64,000 nt of DNA from Terriglobales bacterium (GTDB taxonomy: Bacteria > Acidobacteriota > Terriglobia > Terriglobales > Acidobacteriaceae): contig JBJMGD010000011.1 in assembly GCA_045808065.1 (NCBI GenBank), positions 128,577 through 192,576 on the forward strand. Direction: 5' to 3'. Below the pieces are notes generated by a model. It was not told the DNA's origin, searched no databases, and was given only the letters and a program-made list of their open reading frames with translations. A program made the translations under genes and the position numbers. Each line of letters begins with the position of its first letter. Position 1 is the first letter of the stretch. Below, piece after piece: positions 54,251-63,336 of this stretch.

Positions 54251-55362
54251 TATGCCGTCCTCTCCAGCAACTCGACATTGGCAACTTCGCCGGTTTGAAG
54301 CTCAGGTTCTAGCGGGCTCGCGCCGAAGATGGCCGGATGCTCTCTCCAAAACTCGAAGATTGCCTCGAGAGTTTGCCGTACAGACGACCGGGGCTTCCAT
54401 CCGGTGTGCAGGGTGAGTTTCGAGTAATCGCTCACGTAAATAAGCTGGTCGCCTGGTCGGCGGCGGTCGTGCGAGTATCTCAGACGCTTGCCCGTGAGGG
54501 AGCCGATTTCATCGATCAACTCGACGAGAGAAATTGTGTTTTCCGGTCCGCCGCCTACGTTGTAGATCTCTCCGCCACTTTCTGAGAGCGATGAACGAAC
54601 AGCCTCGAACGCGCGAACCAGGTCTCCGACGTAGAGCACGTCGCGGACTTGCCGTCCATCGCCGTAGATGACAAGCGGAGCACCACGTAACGCCGTGTAA
54701 AGAAAATGAGCAACCCAGCCCTGATCTTCGTTCCCGTACTGCATCTCGCCCGCGATGCAGGACATGCGAAAGACCACGGTGGGCAAGCCGTACATGCGGG
54801 AATACTCACGAACATATTGATCGGCCGCTCCCTTAGAACAACCGTATGGAGAATGGAAATCCAGCGGCTGCTCCTCGCAGACCGCTTTTCGGTCAGCGTA
54901 AGCGTAGCGAGTTGACCCACGTTTGAGCGGCTCTTCGAGCATCTCGCCATAAACCTTGTTAGTGGAAGTGAACAGGACAAACGGCCGATTTCCCGAAAGT
55001 CGCGCCGCCTCAAGAACATTGAAGGTTCCAATGCTGTTGGTCTCGAAGTCGCAACGCGGATCGGTGATGGAAGTAGTTACGGCAACCTGTGCCGCAAATT
55101 GATAAATCTCGGTGACATCCTTCGTAGCGCGCTGAACCGCGGCTGAATTCCGAACGTCGCCTATAGTGACGCGCAGCCGACCAGACTTGGCCGCCGCCTG
55201 CTTGAGTTGCTCCAGGTTATGTTGAACGCCCCGTCGAGAAAGATTGTCGAAGATGTGCACTCGGGCGTTGGTCTCGAGCAGCAGGCGACGCGCCAAATTT
55301 GCGCCGATAAATCCTGCTCCGCCAAAGATCAGTACCGACCGATTCTCGTCTTGCTTAGCCAT
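54250..55362 (-). CDS. NAD-dependent sugar epimerase/dehydratase (extended SDR)
   Basis: The start was set at ATG 55362, preceded by GAGGAGA. A GTG at 55413 that overlaps the upstream stop is the alternative. It has VLIFGGAGFIGANL and YGCSKGAADQY (YxxxK). Its stop overlaps the rSAM start by 1 nt. Confidence 0.85.
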   Translation of the reverse strand: MAKQDENRSVLIFGGAGFIGANLARRLLLETNARVHIFDNLSRRGVQHNLEQLKQAAAKSGRLRVTIGDVRNSAAVQRATKDVTEIYQFAAQVAVTTSITDPRCDFETNSIGTFNVLEAARLSGNRPFVLFTSTNKVYGEMLEEPLKRGSTRYAYADRKAVCEEQPLDFHSPYGCSKGAADQYVREYSRMYGLPTVVFRMSCIAGEMQYGNEDQGWVAHFLYTALRGAPLVIYGDGRQVRDVLYVGDLVRAFEAVRSSLSESGGEIYNVGGGPENTISLVELIDEIGSLTGKRLRYSHDRRRPGDQLIYVSDYSKLTLHTGWKPRSSVRQTLEAIFEFWREHPAIFGASPLEPELQTGEVANVELLERTA

Positions 55363-55409
55363 TCTCCTCGATTCCCTTCCTCGGCTTTCGTCGCAACCCG
55401 GTACACGGG

Positions 55410-56531
55410 TCACGCTGTAAGCCCAAACGTTTGCAACTCGGCAACCATGTTGTCCGCTTTGTCCTCCGCGCTCTGTTCACGCAGCCAACGGACTAGTTCC
55501 AATACACCTTCATCGAACTTCACCTGAGGTTCGTATCCCAGCATCACTCGGGCTTTACTGATATCGCCAAAGCAGTGGCGGATATCTCCCGCTCGATACT
55601 TACCCGTTATCTCAGAGGGGATCTCCAAGCCCAGCGAACGTGACAACGCGTCTGCCACCTCTTGGATTGAGACCGGCATCCCCGAGCCGATGTTGAAGGC
55701 GCGCCCATTCGCTTCGTCGGAGTTCATCGCCAGCAGATTCGCTGCGACCACGTCATGCACGCTCACGAAGTCGCGCATCTGCTGACCGTCTTCAAAAATC
55801 AAAGGTGCGCGCCGATTTAGTAGCCGTGAGGCAAAAATCGCTGCTACACCGGTGTATGGATTCGAGAGCGCCTGGCGGGGACCGTAGATGTTGAAATACC
55901 GCAACGCGACTACAGGAAGTCCGTAGGTTTTGCCGTACAGCAAGCAGATTTCTTCCTGGTCCTTCTTTGAAAGCGCATACACGGACGTACATTGCAGCGG
56001 CTTGGTCTCACTGGTCGGAAGCGGAGTAAGGTCGGTGCGGCATCTTGGACATAGAACCTCCCACCGCTTGCTCAGTAATTGACCGGAGTCTCTCGGTCCT
56101 GGGGCAACATCACCGCAGTTCGCGCAGAGGTATTGGCCTTCTCCATAGATCGACATTGACGAGGCGACTACCAGCTTCTCGACCCGGCTCTTGCGATCCA
56201 GCAGAGCTTGCAATAGAACCGCGGTGCCCTGGGTGTTCGAGGCCATGTAGTCAGCGATCTGATACATGGATTGGCCGACACCAACTGCGGCGGCTAGATG
56301 AAATATGACTTCAACGTCATCAATTGCCCGTCGCACAGCATCAGCATCTCGCATGTCGCCCCTGATCAGGTCGACCTCAGGTGATAGATAATCTGGAACT
56401 CCATTTCCATGAACTTGTGAGGACAAGTTATCTAACGCACTTACCTCGTGGCCAGCGGTCAGCAGGGCGTCTGCCAGATGGGAACCTACAAATCCAGCTC
56501 CACCAGTGATCAGGATTTTCTTCGTACTCAT
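55410..56531 (-). CDS. NAD-dependent sugar epimerase/dehydratase (extended SDR) with an inserted four-Cys zinc ribbon
   Basis: The start was set at ATG 56531 (MSTKKILITGGAGFVGSHL), preceded by GGAGA. It has SSMSIYG and YALSKK (S/YxxxK). The insert is YLCANCG...VLCPRCRTD, between the Ser and Tyr motifs. Confidence 0.85.
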   Translation of the reverse strand: MSTKKILITGGAGFVGSHLADALLTAGHEVSALDNLSSQVHGNGVPDYLSPEVDLIRGDMRDADAVRRAIDDVEVIFHLAAAVGVGQSMYQIADYMASNTQGTAVLLQALLDRKSRVEKLVVASSMSIYGEGQYLCANCGDVAPGPRDSGQLLSKRWEVLCPRCRTDLTPLPTSETKPLQCTSVYALSKKDQEEICLLYGKTYGLPVVALRYFNIYGPRQALSNPYTGVAAIFASRLLNRRAPLIFEDGQQMRDFVSVHDVVAANLLAMNSDEANGRAFNIGSGMPVSIQEVADALSRSLGLEIPSEITGKYRAGDIRHCFGDISKARVMLGYEPQVKFDEGVLELVRWLREQSAEDKADNMVAELQTFGLTA

Positions 56532-56560
56532 CTCGTCGTCTCCAGCGTTCAAATTGCTCG

Positions 56561-57502
56561 CTACCTGCTTGCAGCTTCCCTCGCATAGGGTCGGCCGTCT
56601 TTTTCCCTTGCGTGTGCTCCTCTAGGCGGCGCATACCGCCTGACCGCCCACTCCGCAAACTCTGCAAACGCATTTGCCTCCTTAGGAGGACTTGTGTAAT
56701 GCGGAGCTATGCCCAAATGCTCAGGAGTAAAACAGAGCGTGATAGTGGTGTCGAACTCCTCCAACGCTCCCATCTGCCGATCGAACCACTCCTCCGCATT
56801 GGGACGATACGTGTCCGCCCAACTCACGCCGGTCCGCAGATGTCGGACCTTGAGCCGTCTCAGCCATTCCACGCCCAAGTCCAGCCGATGATCTTCGAAA
56901 TGAAACCACTGGCAGAGCCCGAGCCCTTGCGGAAAATGTTCAGCGGCCAGCTTGGGAGTGCCATCCTCGCGCAGCAGCCCCATGTAGTAGTGGCGATAGT
57001 AGGCGCTGCCTTCAGCTTCCTTGTGGCGCGTTGTGGCAGTCCACGAAGCTGGAAGATCGAAGAGGCTGTACCAGTGAACGCGATCCACTCTCCCGAGCAA
57101 AAGCTCCGCCATCCGCTGCAGTCCGAAAAGCTGCACTTCCTCCGCCCCGAACGATGAGGCGCCAACCTCAGAAATCCAGATCGGAAGTTTCGTAACCTCC
57201 CGTACTTCGTCGAGCTTTGCCGGCCATTCGTTTACGTTCCAGTGATTCCAGTCCAGCGGGAATCCGTGCAGGGCCACCACGTCGATCGCGTCCAGCACGC
57301 CATGCGAAGCCATTAAGCGGATGAAATGCGGATCGATAGGCGAAATCCCGCCGAGCACGATCGGCAACTCGGGGTTGACTCGCCGTATCGCTTTAGCAGC
57401 CTGGATAGCCATCTCGGCAAACATCTTCCATTCGGGATCGATTTTGAAATCCCAATGGGAAAGATTGTTTGGCTCATTCCACAGCATTACGGCTTCGACC
57501 AT
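56561..57502 (-). CDS. Clan GH-A-like (beta/alpha)8 glycosidase-fold protein, apparently circularly permuted
   Basis: 313 aa. An NEP acid/base-type motif sits at residues 9-11 (MLWNEPNN). ALHGF, the nucleophile-type WISEVGAS and HWYSLFD follow. The C-terminal third (RHLRTGVSWAD, TITLCFTPEH, FAEFAEWAVRRYAP) looks like strands 1-3, which normally precede NEP. Confidence 0.6.
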   Translation of the reverse strand: MVEAVMLWNEPNNLSHWDFKIDPEWKMFAEMAIQAAKAIRRVNPELPIVLGGISPIDPHFIRLMASHGVLDAIDVVALHGFPLDWNHWNVNEWPAKLDEVREVTKLPIWISEVGASSFGAEEVQLFGLQRMAELLLGRVDRVHWYSLFDLPASWTATTRHKEAEGSAYYRHYYMGLLREDGTPKLAAEHFPQGLGLCQWFHFEDHRLDLGVEWLRRLKVRHLRTGVSWADTYRPNAEEWFDRQMGALEEFDTTITLCFTPEHLGIAPHYTSPPKEANAFAEFAEWAVRRYAPPRGAHAREKDGRPYAREAASR

Positions 57503-57526
57503 TAGTTCCTCATGGTTCTTTCACTT

Positions 57527-58357
57527 CTAAAGTGTTCCCTCGAGCTCGAGATCGAGGACGTATTGACCTTTCCGTTGTACCCGGCGCGGCTCGCACACGT
57601 AAGTCTCAGACTCGGGATGTGCGACTATCTCCAAACCCGAACTGCGCAGCATGCCTTCTACGGCCCCGCGGTTCGGTATCCACCAATTGGTAGGATCATT
57701 GGCATAGCTGTTCTCAATGAAGTACATGCATGGAAAGTCAGGATCTTTAAAAGGGTGCATGTCCCAGAATTGGTAGTCCTCCTTCCACTGCCGTTCCTCC
57801 TCGGAACCACGAATCATGCTCTGGAAGAAAAGCTTTCGTGAAACTTTCTTGATGATCTTATCGAGGGCGTACAGTGGATATCGCAAGTGATAGAAGACAC
57901 CGAGGAAGAGCACATAATCGAATTGGCCTTCGATTCTGTCGACCTGATATACAGAACGCTTCTGAAATTCGATCTCCAGTTTCAACGTTTCGGCGGCAAA
58001 ACGGGCTTGGTTCAGGTAGCGCTCATCGACATCCACGCCTAGTACTCTGCCCGCACCCCTCTTTTTGAGCTCAATGCAATAAAAGCCGCCGTTACAGCCG
58101 ATGTCGAGCACAGAAGCTCCCTGGAGGTCTTCGGGAAAGGCTCTGGAGATGTGTTTCCATTTAACGTTCGGGAAGTCGCCAAGAAAATGATTAGGGGCGG
58201 TCCACACTCCGTTGATATTTAGGTTGTGAAACCAGTCTCCGAGCGAACTAATGCGTTCCGCCAAGCTCGGCTCCTCGGCTGCGGTTCGGTGCTGCTGGTT
58301 TTCGTCAGTTTCGGAGTGAATGTCGATGACTAGCTGCCGGGTTTGATCTGGTTGCAC
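57527..58357 (-). CDS. Class I SAM-dependent methyltransferase (DUF1698/CmoB-like)
   Basis: 276 aa with a GTG start, preceded by GGGAGA. It has WFHNLNINGVWTAPNHFLGDFPNVKW, then motif I VLDIGCNGGFY and VLGVDVD. Confidence 0.8.
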   Translation of the reverse strand: MQPDQTRQLVIDIHSETDENQQHRTAAEEPSLAERISSLGDWFHNLNINGVWTAPNHFLGDFPNVKWKHISRAFPEDLQGASVLDIGCNGGFYCIELKKRGAGRVLGVDVDERYLNQARFAAETLKLEIEFQKRSVYQVDRIEGQFDYVLFLGVFYHLRYPLYALDKIIKKVSRKLFFQSMIRGSEEERQWKEDYQFWDMHPFKDPDFPCMYFIENSYANDPTNWWIPNRGAVEGMLRSSGLEIVAHPESETYVCEPRRVQRKGQYVLDLELEGTL

Positions 58358-58574
58358 CGCTGGTTCTCCCGCTCTTTGCGATCACAGTTGCCCATTTCGG
58401 CATCAGCTCTCGGCCTTGTTACAAAACGCTGTGATCTATCCTCTGCTCCGAGTTTCGGAACAGCAACTAGCGAAGTTGGTTAGAGGAAAAGGAACTTACC
58501 TTGGATGTCCCGTTGCGTGCGTCAAGGCGCGTCACAAGAAGTGTGCAATCAGGTAGTTACTTGCAGCTGCAACG

Positions 58575-60011
58575 TCAAGATGAGCTAAGGTTTGCAGATG
58601 CTCCAGCTGTCGAGCTTTCATACAGCTTCAGCTTTCGGTAAAGCGTCGTTTTCCCGATGCCTAGCATCTGCGCCGCGAGTAGTTTGTCACCTTTCGCTTC
58701 CGCGACGGCATTAAGAATTGCGTGCCGTTCAACTTCTACAATCGGCACCACGCGACCGACCCGACGCAGTGGTTCATCACCAGGAGCTCGTGGCATTGTG
58801 AACCGTGAATTGATCTGAGTTGGAAAGTCGATCGGCTCAAGCATCAGATCAGTTCCAAGCGCCACCGCGCGTTCGATGAAGTTCTCAAGCTCACGCACGT
58901 TTCCCGGCCACGAATAAGTCTTCAGCATCCTTATTGCCTCACGCGAAATCTGCCGCCGGGGTTGGCCCGTGCTCCTCGCGATCCGCTCCAGAAAGGTTTC
59001 AATAAGGTCCTCGATATCCTCCATCCGCTCGCGCAACGGGGGCAACTTCAATGTGACCACATTCAGGCGGAAATAGAGATCCTTGCGGAATCTCCCTTCT
59101 TTCACAGCTTCTTCCAAGTTCCGATTTGTGGCGGCTATAACGCGCACGTCGATGCGAATGCGTTTCGTGCTTCCGACCGGGCGAATCTCCTTTTCTTGTA
59201 AAGCGCGAAGAAGCTTTGCTTGAAGCTCTACTGGAAGTTCTCCGATTTCATCGAAAAAGACCGTGCCTCCCTCCGCGATCTTCAGCAATCCCTCCTTGGA
59301 CCGCTCTGCCCCGGTAAACGATCCTCTCTCATGGCCGAAGAGCTCAGTCTCCATCAGCGTCGGGACCAATGCGCCGCAGTCGACTGGCATGAATGGACGT
59401 TCGCGTCGTGTGCCGCTGAAGTGGATAGCGCGAGCAACCAACTCCTTGCCAGTGCCACTTTCCCCAAGGATCAGCACGGGATGAATGTTGGCAGCCACTT
59501 TGCCGATAATCTTGTACAGCTTCCACATCACGGGTGTCTTTCCCACGATGCCGTAGGCTCCTTCCACGTCTGGCGATTCGCGGATCCGGGGGTGCTCACC
59601 TTTCTCTGATCGGTACTGTTCCATGGCGCGCTCGATTGTAAGCCGCAGAATGCCTGCTTCCAATGGCTTCGGCAGGTAATCGAATGCCCCTAGCTTGGTC
59701 GCCTGAACCGCCGATGAAAAACTGGGCTTCTCCGCGACCACGATAACCTGCGTCTCCGGATACCAATAGTGAACGTGCCGCAACAATTCGAGTTCCTGGG
59801 CGCCTGGAAGATTTTCACTGAGCAGGAGTACGTCTACCAACCCTGATTCCAAGGAGTCGAGGACCATGTCGGAGTCTCGGGCCGAGCGAACCGTGAGAGG
59901 TAAGTCACGAATGACATCGATGGACAAGTCAACAGTGCGGCTATCGGTATCGGCGACCAAAAGCTCGGACGAGGTAAATACCGGGCCGGAAACCACATTA
60001 GGGAGAATCAC
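58575..60011 (-). CDS. Sigma-54-dependent enhancer-binding protein (NtrC family) with a degenerate receiver domain
   Basis: 478 aa. It has a receiver-like N-terminus ending in GAFDYLPKP, an AAA+ core ([38 protein letters not shown]) and a C-terminal Fis-type HTH ([17 protein letters not shown]). Confidence 0.9.
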   Translation of the reverse strand: MILPNVVSGPVFTSSELLVADTDSRTVDLSIDVIRDLPLTVRSARDSDMVLDSLESGLVDVLLLSENLPGAQELELLRHVHYWYPETQVIVVAEKPSFSSAVQATKLGAFDYLPKPLEAGILRLTIERAMEQYRSEKGEHPRIRESPDVEGAYGIVGKTPVMWKLYKIIGKVAANIHPVLILGESGTGKELVARAIHFSGTRRERPFMPVDCGALVPTLMETELFGHERGSFTGAERSKEGLLKIAEGGTVFFDEIGELPVELQAKLLRALQEKEIRPVGSTKRIRIDVRVIAATNRNLEEAVKEGRFRKDLYFRLNVVTLKLPPLRERMEDIEDLIETFLERIARSTGQPRRQISREAIRMLKTYSWPGNVRELENFIERAVALGTDLMLEPIDFPTQINSRFTMPRAPGDEPLRRVGRVVPIVEVERHAILNAVAEAKGDKLLAAQMLGIGKTTLYRKLKLYESSTAGASANLSSS

Positions 60012-60393
60012 TCGGCGGCTAGAGCAGGCGTGCTTCCAACCGTTTAATAGCCGTAACTTCTTGAAAACAAGAGATCCCGTTTTGGTAAGGTTCGTCCCGC
60101 CATCTGCCTCATTTGAAACTTGCTCTGCGGAGATGCTCGCTCGAACGTCATGGGGGATGCCAGAATACTATGGCATCGGACGGGCGCTTACCTTCCCTTT
60201 TTGGGATGGTTTCCTATTCTGGGAGCGTCTCCAAGCAAAAAATCGAGGCCATGGCCTATGGACGATTCAGAGGTGCTTGGCTTTTGGTCTGAAGGAGGCA
60301 GAAAAAACGTCAGTTACAATAGAGGATTCCTCACAGAGCCTGTCAGGTCACAGCCGACCTTGACGCACTGCTGGGAGGAAAGGTCTGTCTAGG

Positions 60394-63336
60394 ATGTCAA
60401 ACGAGAGCATTGTTGTGCGCGGGGCGCGCGTTCATAACCTTAAGAATGTGGATTTTGAGATTCCCCACAACACCCTAACTGTTGTCACCGGCGTCTCCGG
60501 TTCGGGCAAATCGTCTCTGGCATTCGACACAATCTATGCCGAGGGTCAACGGCGCTACGTGGAGTCGCTCTCTGCCTACGCGCGGCAGTTCCTGGAACGC
60601 ATCGAAAAGCCGGACGTGGACCTGATCGACGGCATTTCTCCTGCAATAGCCATACGGCAGAAAAACACGACGCGCAACCCGCGTTCGACTGTGGCAACTG
60701 CTACCGAGATCTACGACTACCTGCGGCTTTTGTTTGCCCGGGCTGGGCGTACCTTTTGCCTGAATTGCGGCACCGAGGTAAAGAAGGATACGGTCGATGA
60801 GGTGTTCGCCACTTTGAGTCAATTGCCCGAAGGCACACGCCTGAACGTGCTCTTCCCGGTGGTCACGAGCGCTGCCCCAGTTACTCAAGAAAAGAAAACG
60901 CGCGCACGAATGGCGAGCGTCTCCAAAGAGGTAACTCAGCAACTTAAAGAAAGACTCGGCGAGTTGCGCCGTCGCGGCTTCAATCGCCTTTACCAGAACG
61001 GAAACATATATGAGTTCTCTAGTCCGGAGTCGTTGCTGGAGATCAAGTTCGATGAGCCGCTGTTCGTGCTAGTGGATCGCATTGCGGTTGCGTCTGAGCA
61101 GCGAGCTCGTGTCGTCGATGCTTTGGAAATCGGATACCGCGAATCCGGTGAAGCGGTCTTCGAGGTCGTGCCGCGCGATGAGAGTCCTCGGCGGCAGCTT
61201 CGTTTTTCGCACCGCTTTGAATGCAAAACTTGCGGCCGCAAATATGAAGAACCTGAGCCGCGTCTGTTTTCCTTCAACAACCCGTACGGGGCGTGCCAGC
61301 GTTGCCAGGGATTCGGCAACACTATCGATTTTGATCTAAATCTAGTTGTTCCGAACCCGCTGCTGACGCTCAGCGAAGGAGCGCTTGAGCCATGGACCAA
61401 GCCGAAGTATCGTGCCTTCCAGACGGAGTTAAAGCGTTTCGCGAAGGTACACGGAATTCCATGGAACGTCTCCTGGTGCGATCTCGAGGAGGATCAGCGT
61501 CAATTAATTGTGCGCGGCGAGGGCAAGTTCCCGGGTATCACCGGCTTCTTCGCGTTACTTGAACGCAAGAAGTACAAGCTGCATGTTCGAGTATTCCTGA
61601 GCCGATATCGCGGCTATGCCACTTGCCAGGATTGCCAGGGGCAGCGCCTGCGAGCCGAAGCTCGCACTGTAAGAATCGATGGCAAGAACATCTGTGAAGT
61701 CGCCGCCATGACAGTTGAACAGGCTGCTCTCTTCATGCGCGAGTTGCAATTAACTCCTCAGCAGGCGGAGATCGCAGACAGAATTCTGGAGGAAATACGA
61801 AATCGGCTTAGTTTTCTGAACAGCGTCGGCCTCGAATACCTGACGCTTAATCGCACCGCATCCACGCTTTCTGGGGGCGAATCGCAACGGATTCAGTTGG
61901 CAACTTCGCTCGGTTCACGTTTGGTTGGGGCGTTATATGTGCTCGACGAACCTTCGATTGGACTGCATAGCCGGGACACGGCTCGCCTCGTGCGAATCCT
62001 GCACGAGCTTCGCGATTTGGGAAACACGATTTTAGTGGTTGAGCACGATGCCGAAATGATGGCTGCGTCCGATCGCATCGTCGATTTGGGACCTGGAGCG
62101 GGTGAGCTTGGCGGCAAGATTATCGCCAGCGGTACTTATGGGCAGATTTCCCGCAACCCGCAATCGCTCACTGGCCGATATCTCAGCCACAATCTGGCTA
62201 TTCCCATTCCATCGAATCGACGTAAGTCATCGAGCGAACTGCGCCTGCTCGGCGCGCGAGCCAACAACCTGAAGAATATCAATGTGACCATTCCTCTAGG
62301 AATGTTGGTTGCTATTACCGGTGTGTCAGGTTCGGGCAAATCGACCCTCGTCCATGACGTGCTTTACAAGGCGGCTGCGGCCGTGACTGGTAGCACCGAA
62401 GCCGGAAGTGCAGCAGGTCTGTTTCAGAGACTCGAAGGCGGAGATTCGATCAAACAGGTGATTCTGGTAGATCAATCGCCCATCGGCCGTACCCCGCGAT
62501 CTAACCCCGTGACTTACATCAAGGCGTTCGACGCAATCCGCGAATTATTCGCATCCTTGCCGGAGGCGGAAAAACGCGCCTACACCGCTGGGCACTTTTC
62601 ATTCAATGTTCCGGGAGGACGTTGTGAAGCTTGCCAAGGCGATGGAACTGTCACCGTCGAGATGCAGTTTCTGGCGGACGTAGAACTCATCTGCGAGGAA
62701 TGCAGAGGGACTCGGTACAAAGCCACGGTCCTCGAGGTTCGCTATAAGGGAAAAAATATTCACGACGTTCTCAACCTGACGGTCAAAGAGGCGCTACAGT
62801 TCTTTTCCGGTGTTCCTAAAATCACAGACAAACTGCGAGTGCTGGATGAGGTCGGACTTGGCTATCTTCGCCTCGGACAATCCGCTACCACCCTGAGCGG
62901 CGGTGAAGCTCAGCGCATGAAACTGGCAGCGCACCTGACACCGCGTTCGCGGGAGGAAGGGGCACCTCGTGTAGGAGAAAACCAGAATGGAAATGGCGAC
63001 GCTCGTAGGTCTCCGCGCAAGACCCTGTACATCTTTGATGAGCCGACCACGGGTCTTCATTTCGATGACGTCAGCAAACTGCTCGCGGCCTTTCGCCGTT
63101 TGATTGATGCCGGTGGCTCCTTGATTGTGATCGAGCATAATCTAGACGTAATTAAGGCGGCGGATTGGGTAATCGATCTTGGGCCGGAGGGTGGAGCAGG
63201 TGGAGGCGAAGTGGTGGCAACTGGAACACCTGAGACAATCGCGCGCAACAAGAAATCACATACCGGCCAATGGCTGTCACGCATCTTGTCAAAAAACGGA
63301 AACTCCCAATCCAATGCTGGCGCTGTCCCGCAATAA
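60394..63336 (+). CDS. uvrA: Excinuclease ABC subunit A
   Basis: 980 aa. It has two ABC modules ([14 protein letters not shown] and [18 protein letters not shown] twice), Zn modules (CKTCGRKY...CQRCQG and CEACQGDG...CEECRG) and a short Gly/Asn-rich insert near the C-terminal Walker B. Confidence 0.95.
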   Translation: MSNESIVVRGARVHNLKNVDFEIPHNTLTVVTGVSGSGKSSLAFDTIYAEGQRRYVESLSAYARQFLERIEKPDVDLIDGISPAIAIRQKNTTRNPRSTVATATEIYDYLRLLFARAGRTFCLNCGTEVKKDTVDEVFATLSQLPEGTRLNVLFPVVTSAAPVTQEKKTRARMASVSKEVTQQLKERLGELRRRGFNRLYQNGNIYEFSSPESLLEIKFDEPLFVLVDRIAVASEQRARVVDALEIGYRESGEAVFEVVPRDESPRRQLRFSHRFECKTCGRKYEEPEPRLFSFNNPYGACQRCQGFGNTIDFDLNLVVPNPLLTLSEGALEPWTKPKYRAFQTELKRFAKVHGIPWNVSWCDLEEDQRQLIVRGEGKFPGITGFFALLERKKYKLHVRVFLSRYRGYATCQDCQGQRLRAEARTVRIDGKNICEVAAMTVEQAALFMRELQLTPQQAEIADRILEEIRNRLSFLNSVGLEYLTLNRTASTLSGGESQRIQLATSLGSRLVGALYVLDEPSIGLHSRDTARLVRILHELRDLGNTILVVEHDAEMMAASDRIVDLGPGAGELGGKIIASGTYGQISRNPQSLTGRYLSHNLAIPIPSNRRKSSSELRLLGARANNLKNINVTIPLGMLVAITGVSGSGKSTLVHDVLYKAAAAVTGSTEAGSAAGLFQRLEGGDSIKQVILVDQSPIGRTPRSNPVTYIKAFDAIRELFASLPEAEKRAYTAGHFSFNVPGGRCEACQGDGTVTVEMQFLADVELICEECRGTRYKATVLEVRYKGKNIHDVLNLTVKEALQFFSGVPKITDKLRVLDEVGLGYLRLGQSATTLSGGEAQRMKLAAHLTPRSREEGAPRVGENQNGNGDARRSPRKTLYIFDEPTTGLHFDDVSKLLAAFRRLIDAGGSLIVIEHNLDVIKAADWVIDLGPEGGAGGGEVVATGTPETIARNKKSHTGQWLSRILSKNGNSQSNAGAVPQ

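Noticed and set aside
58377-58394. A sigma-54 promoter-like string TGGGCAACTGTGATCGCA (minus strand) upstream of the methyltransferase gene.
   Set aside because: The spacing is GG-N11-GC. The canonical -24/-12 element is strictly GG-N10-GC. It is kept only as a note inside the EBP finding.
60156-60186. The inverted repeat GATGCCA-N8-TGGCATC and an overlapping TGGCAT-N..-GC (GG-N10-GC) about 210 nt upstream of uvrA. It was considered as an SOS box or a sigma-54 promoter.
   Set aside because: It matches no LexA-box type I know of (CTGT-N8-ACAG, GAAC-N4-GTTC, GTTC-N7-GTTC). The -12 region is GGGCG rather than TTGCW, and sigma-54 control of uvrA would be unusual. A 7-bp inverted repeat alone is weak evidence.
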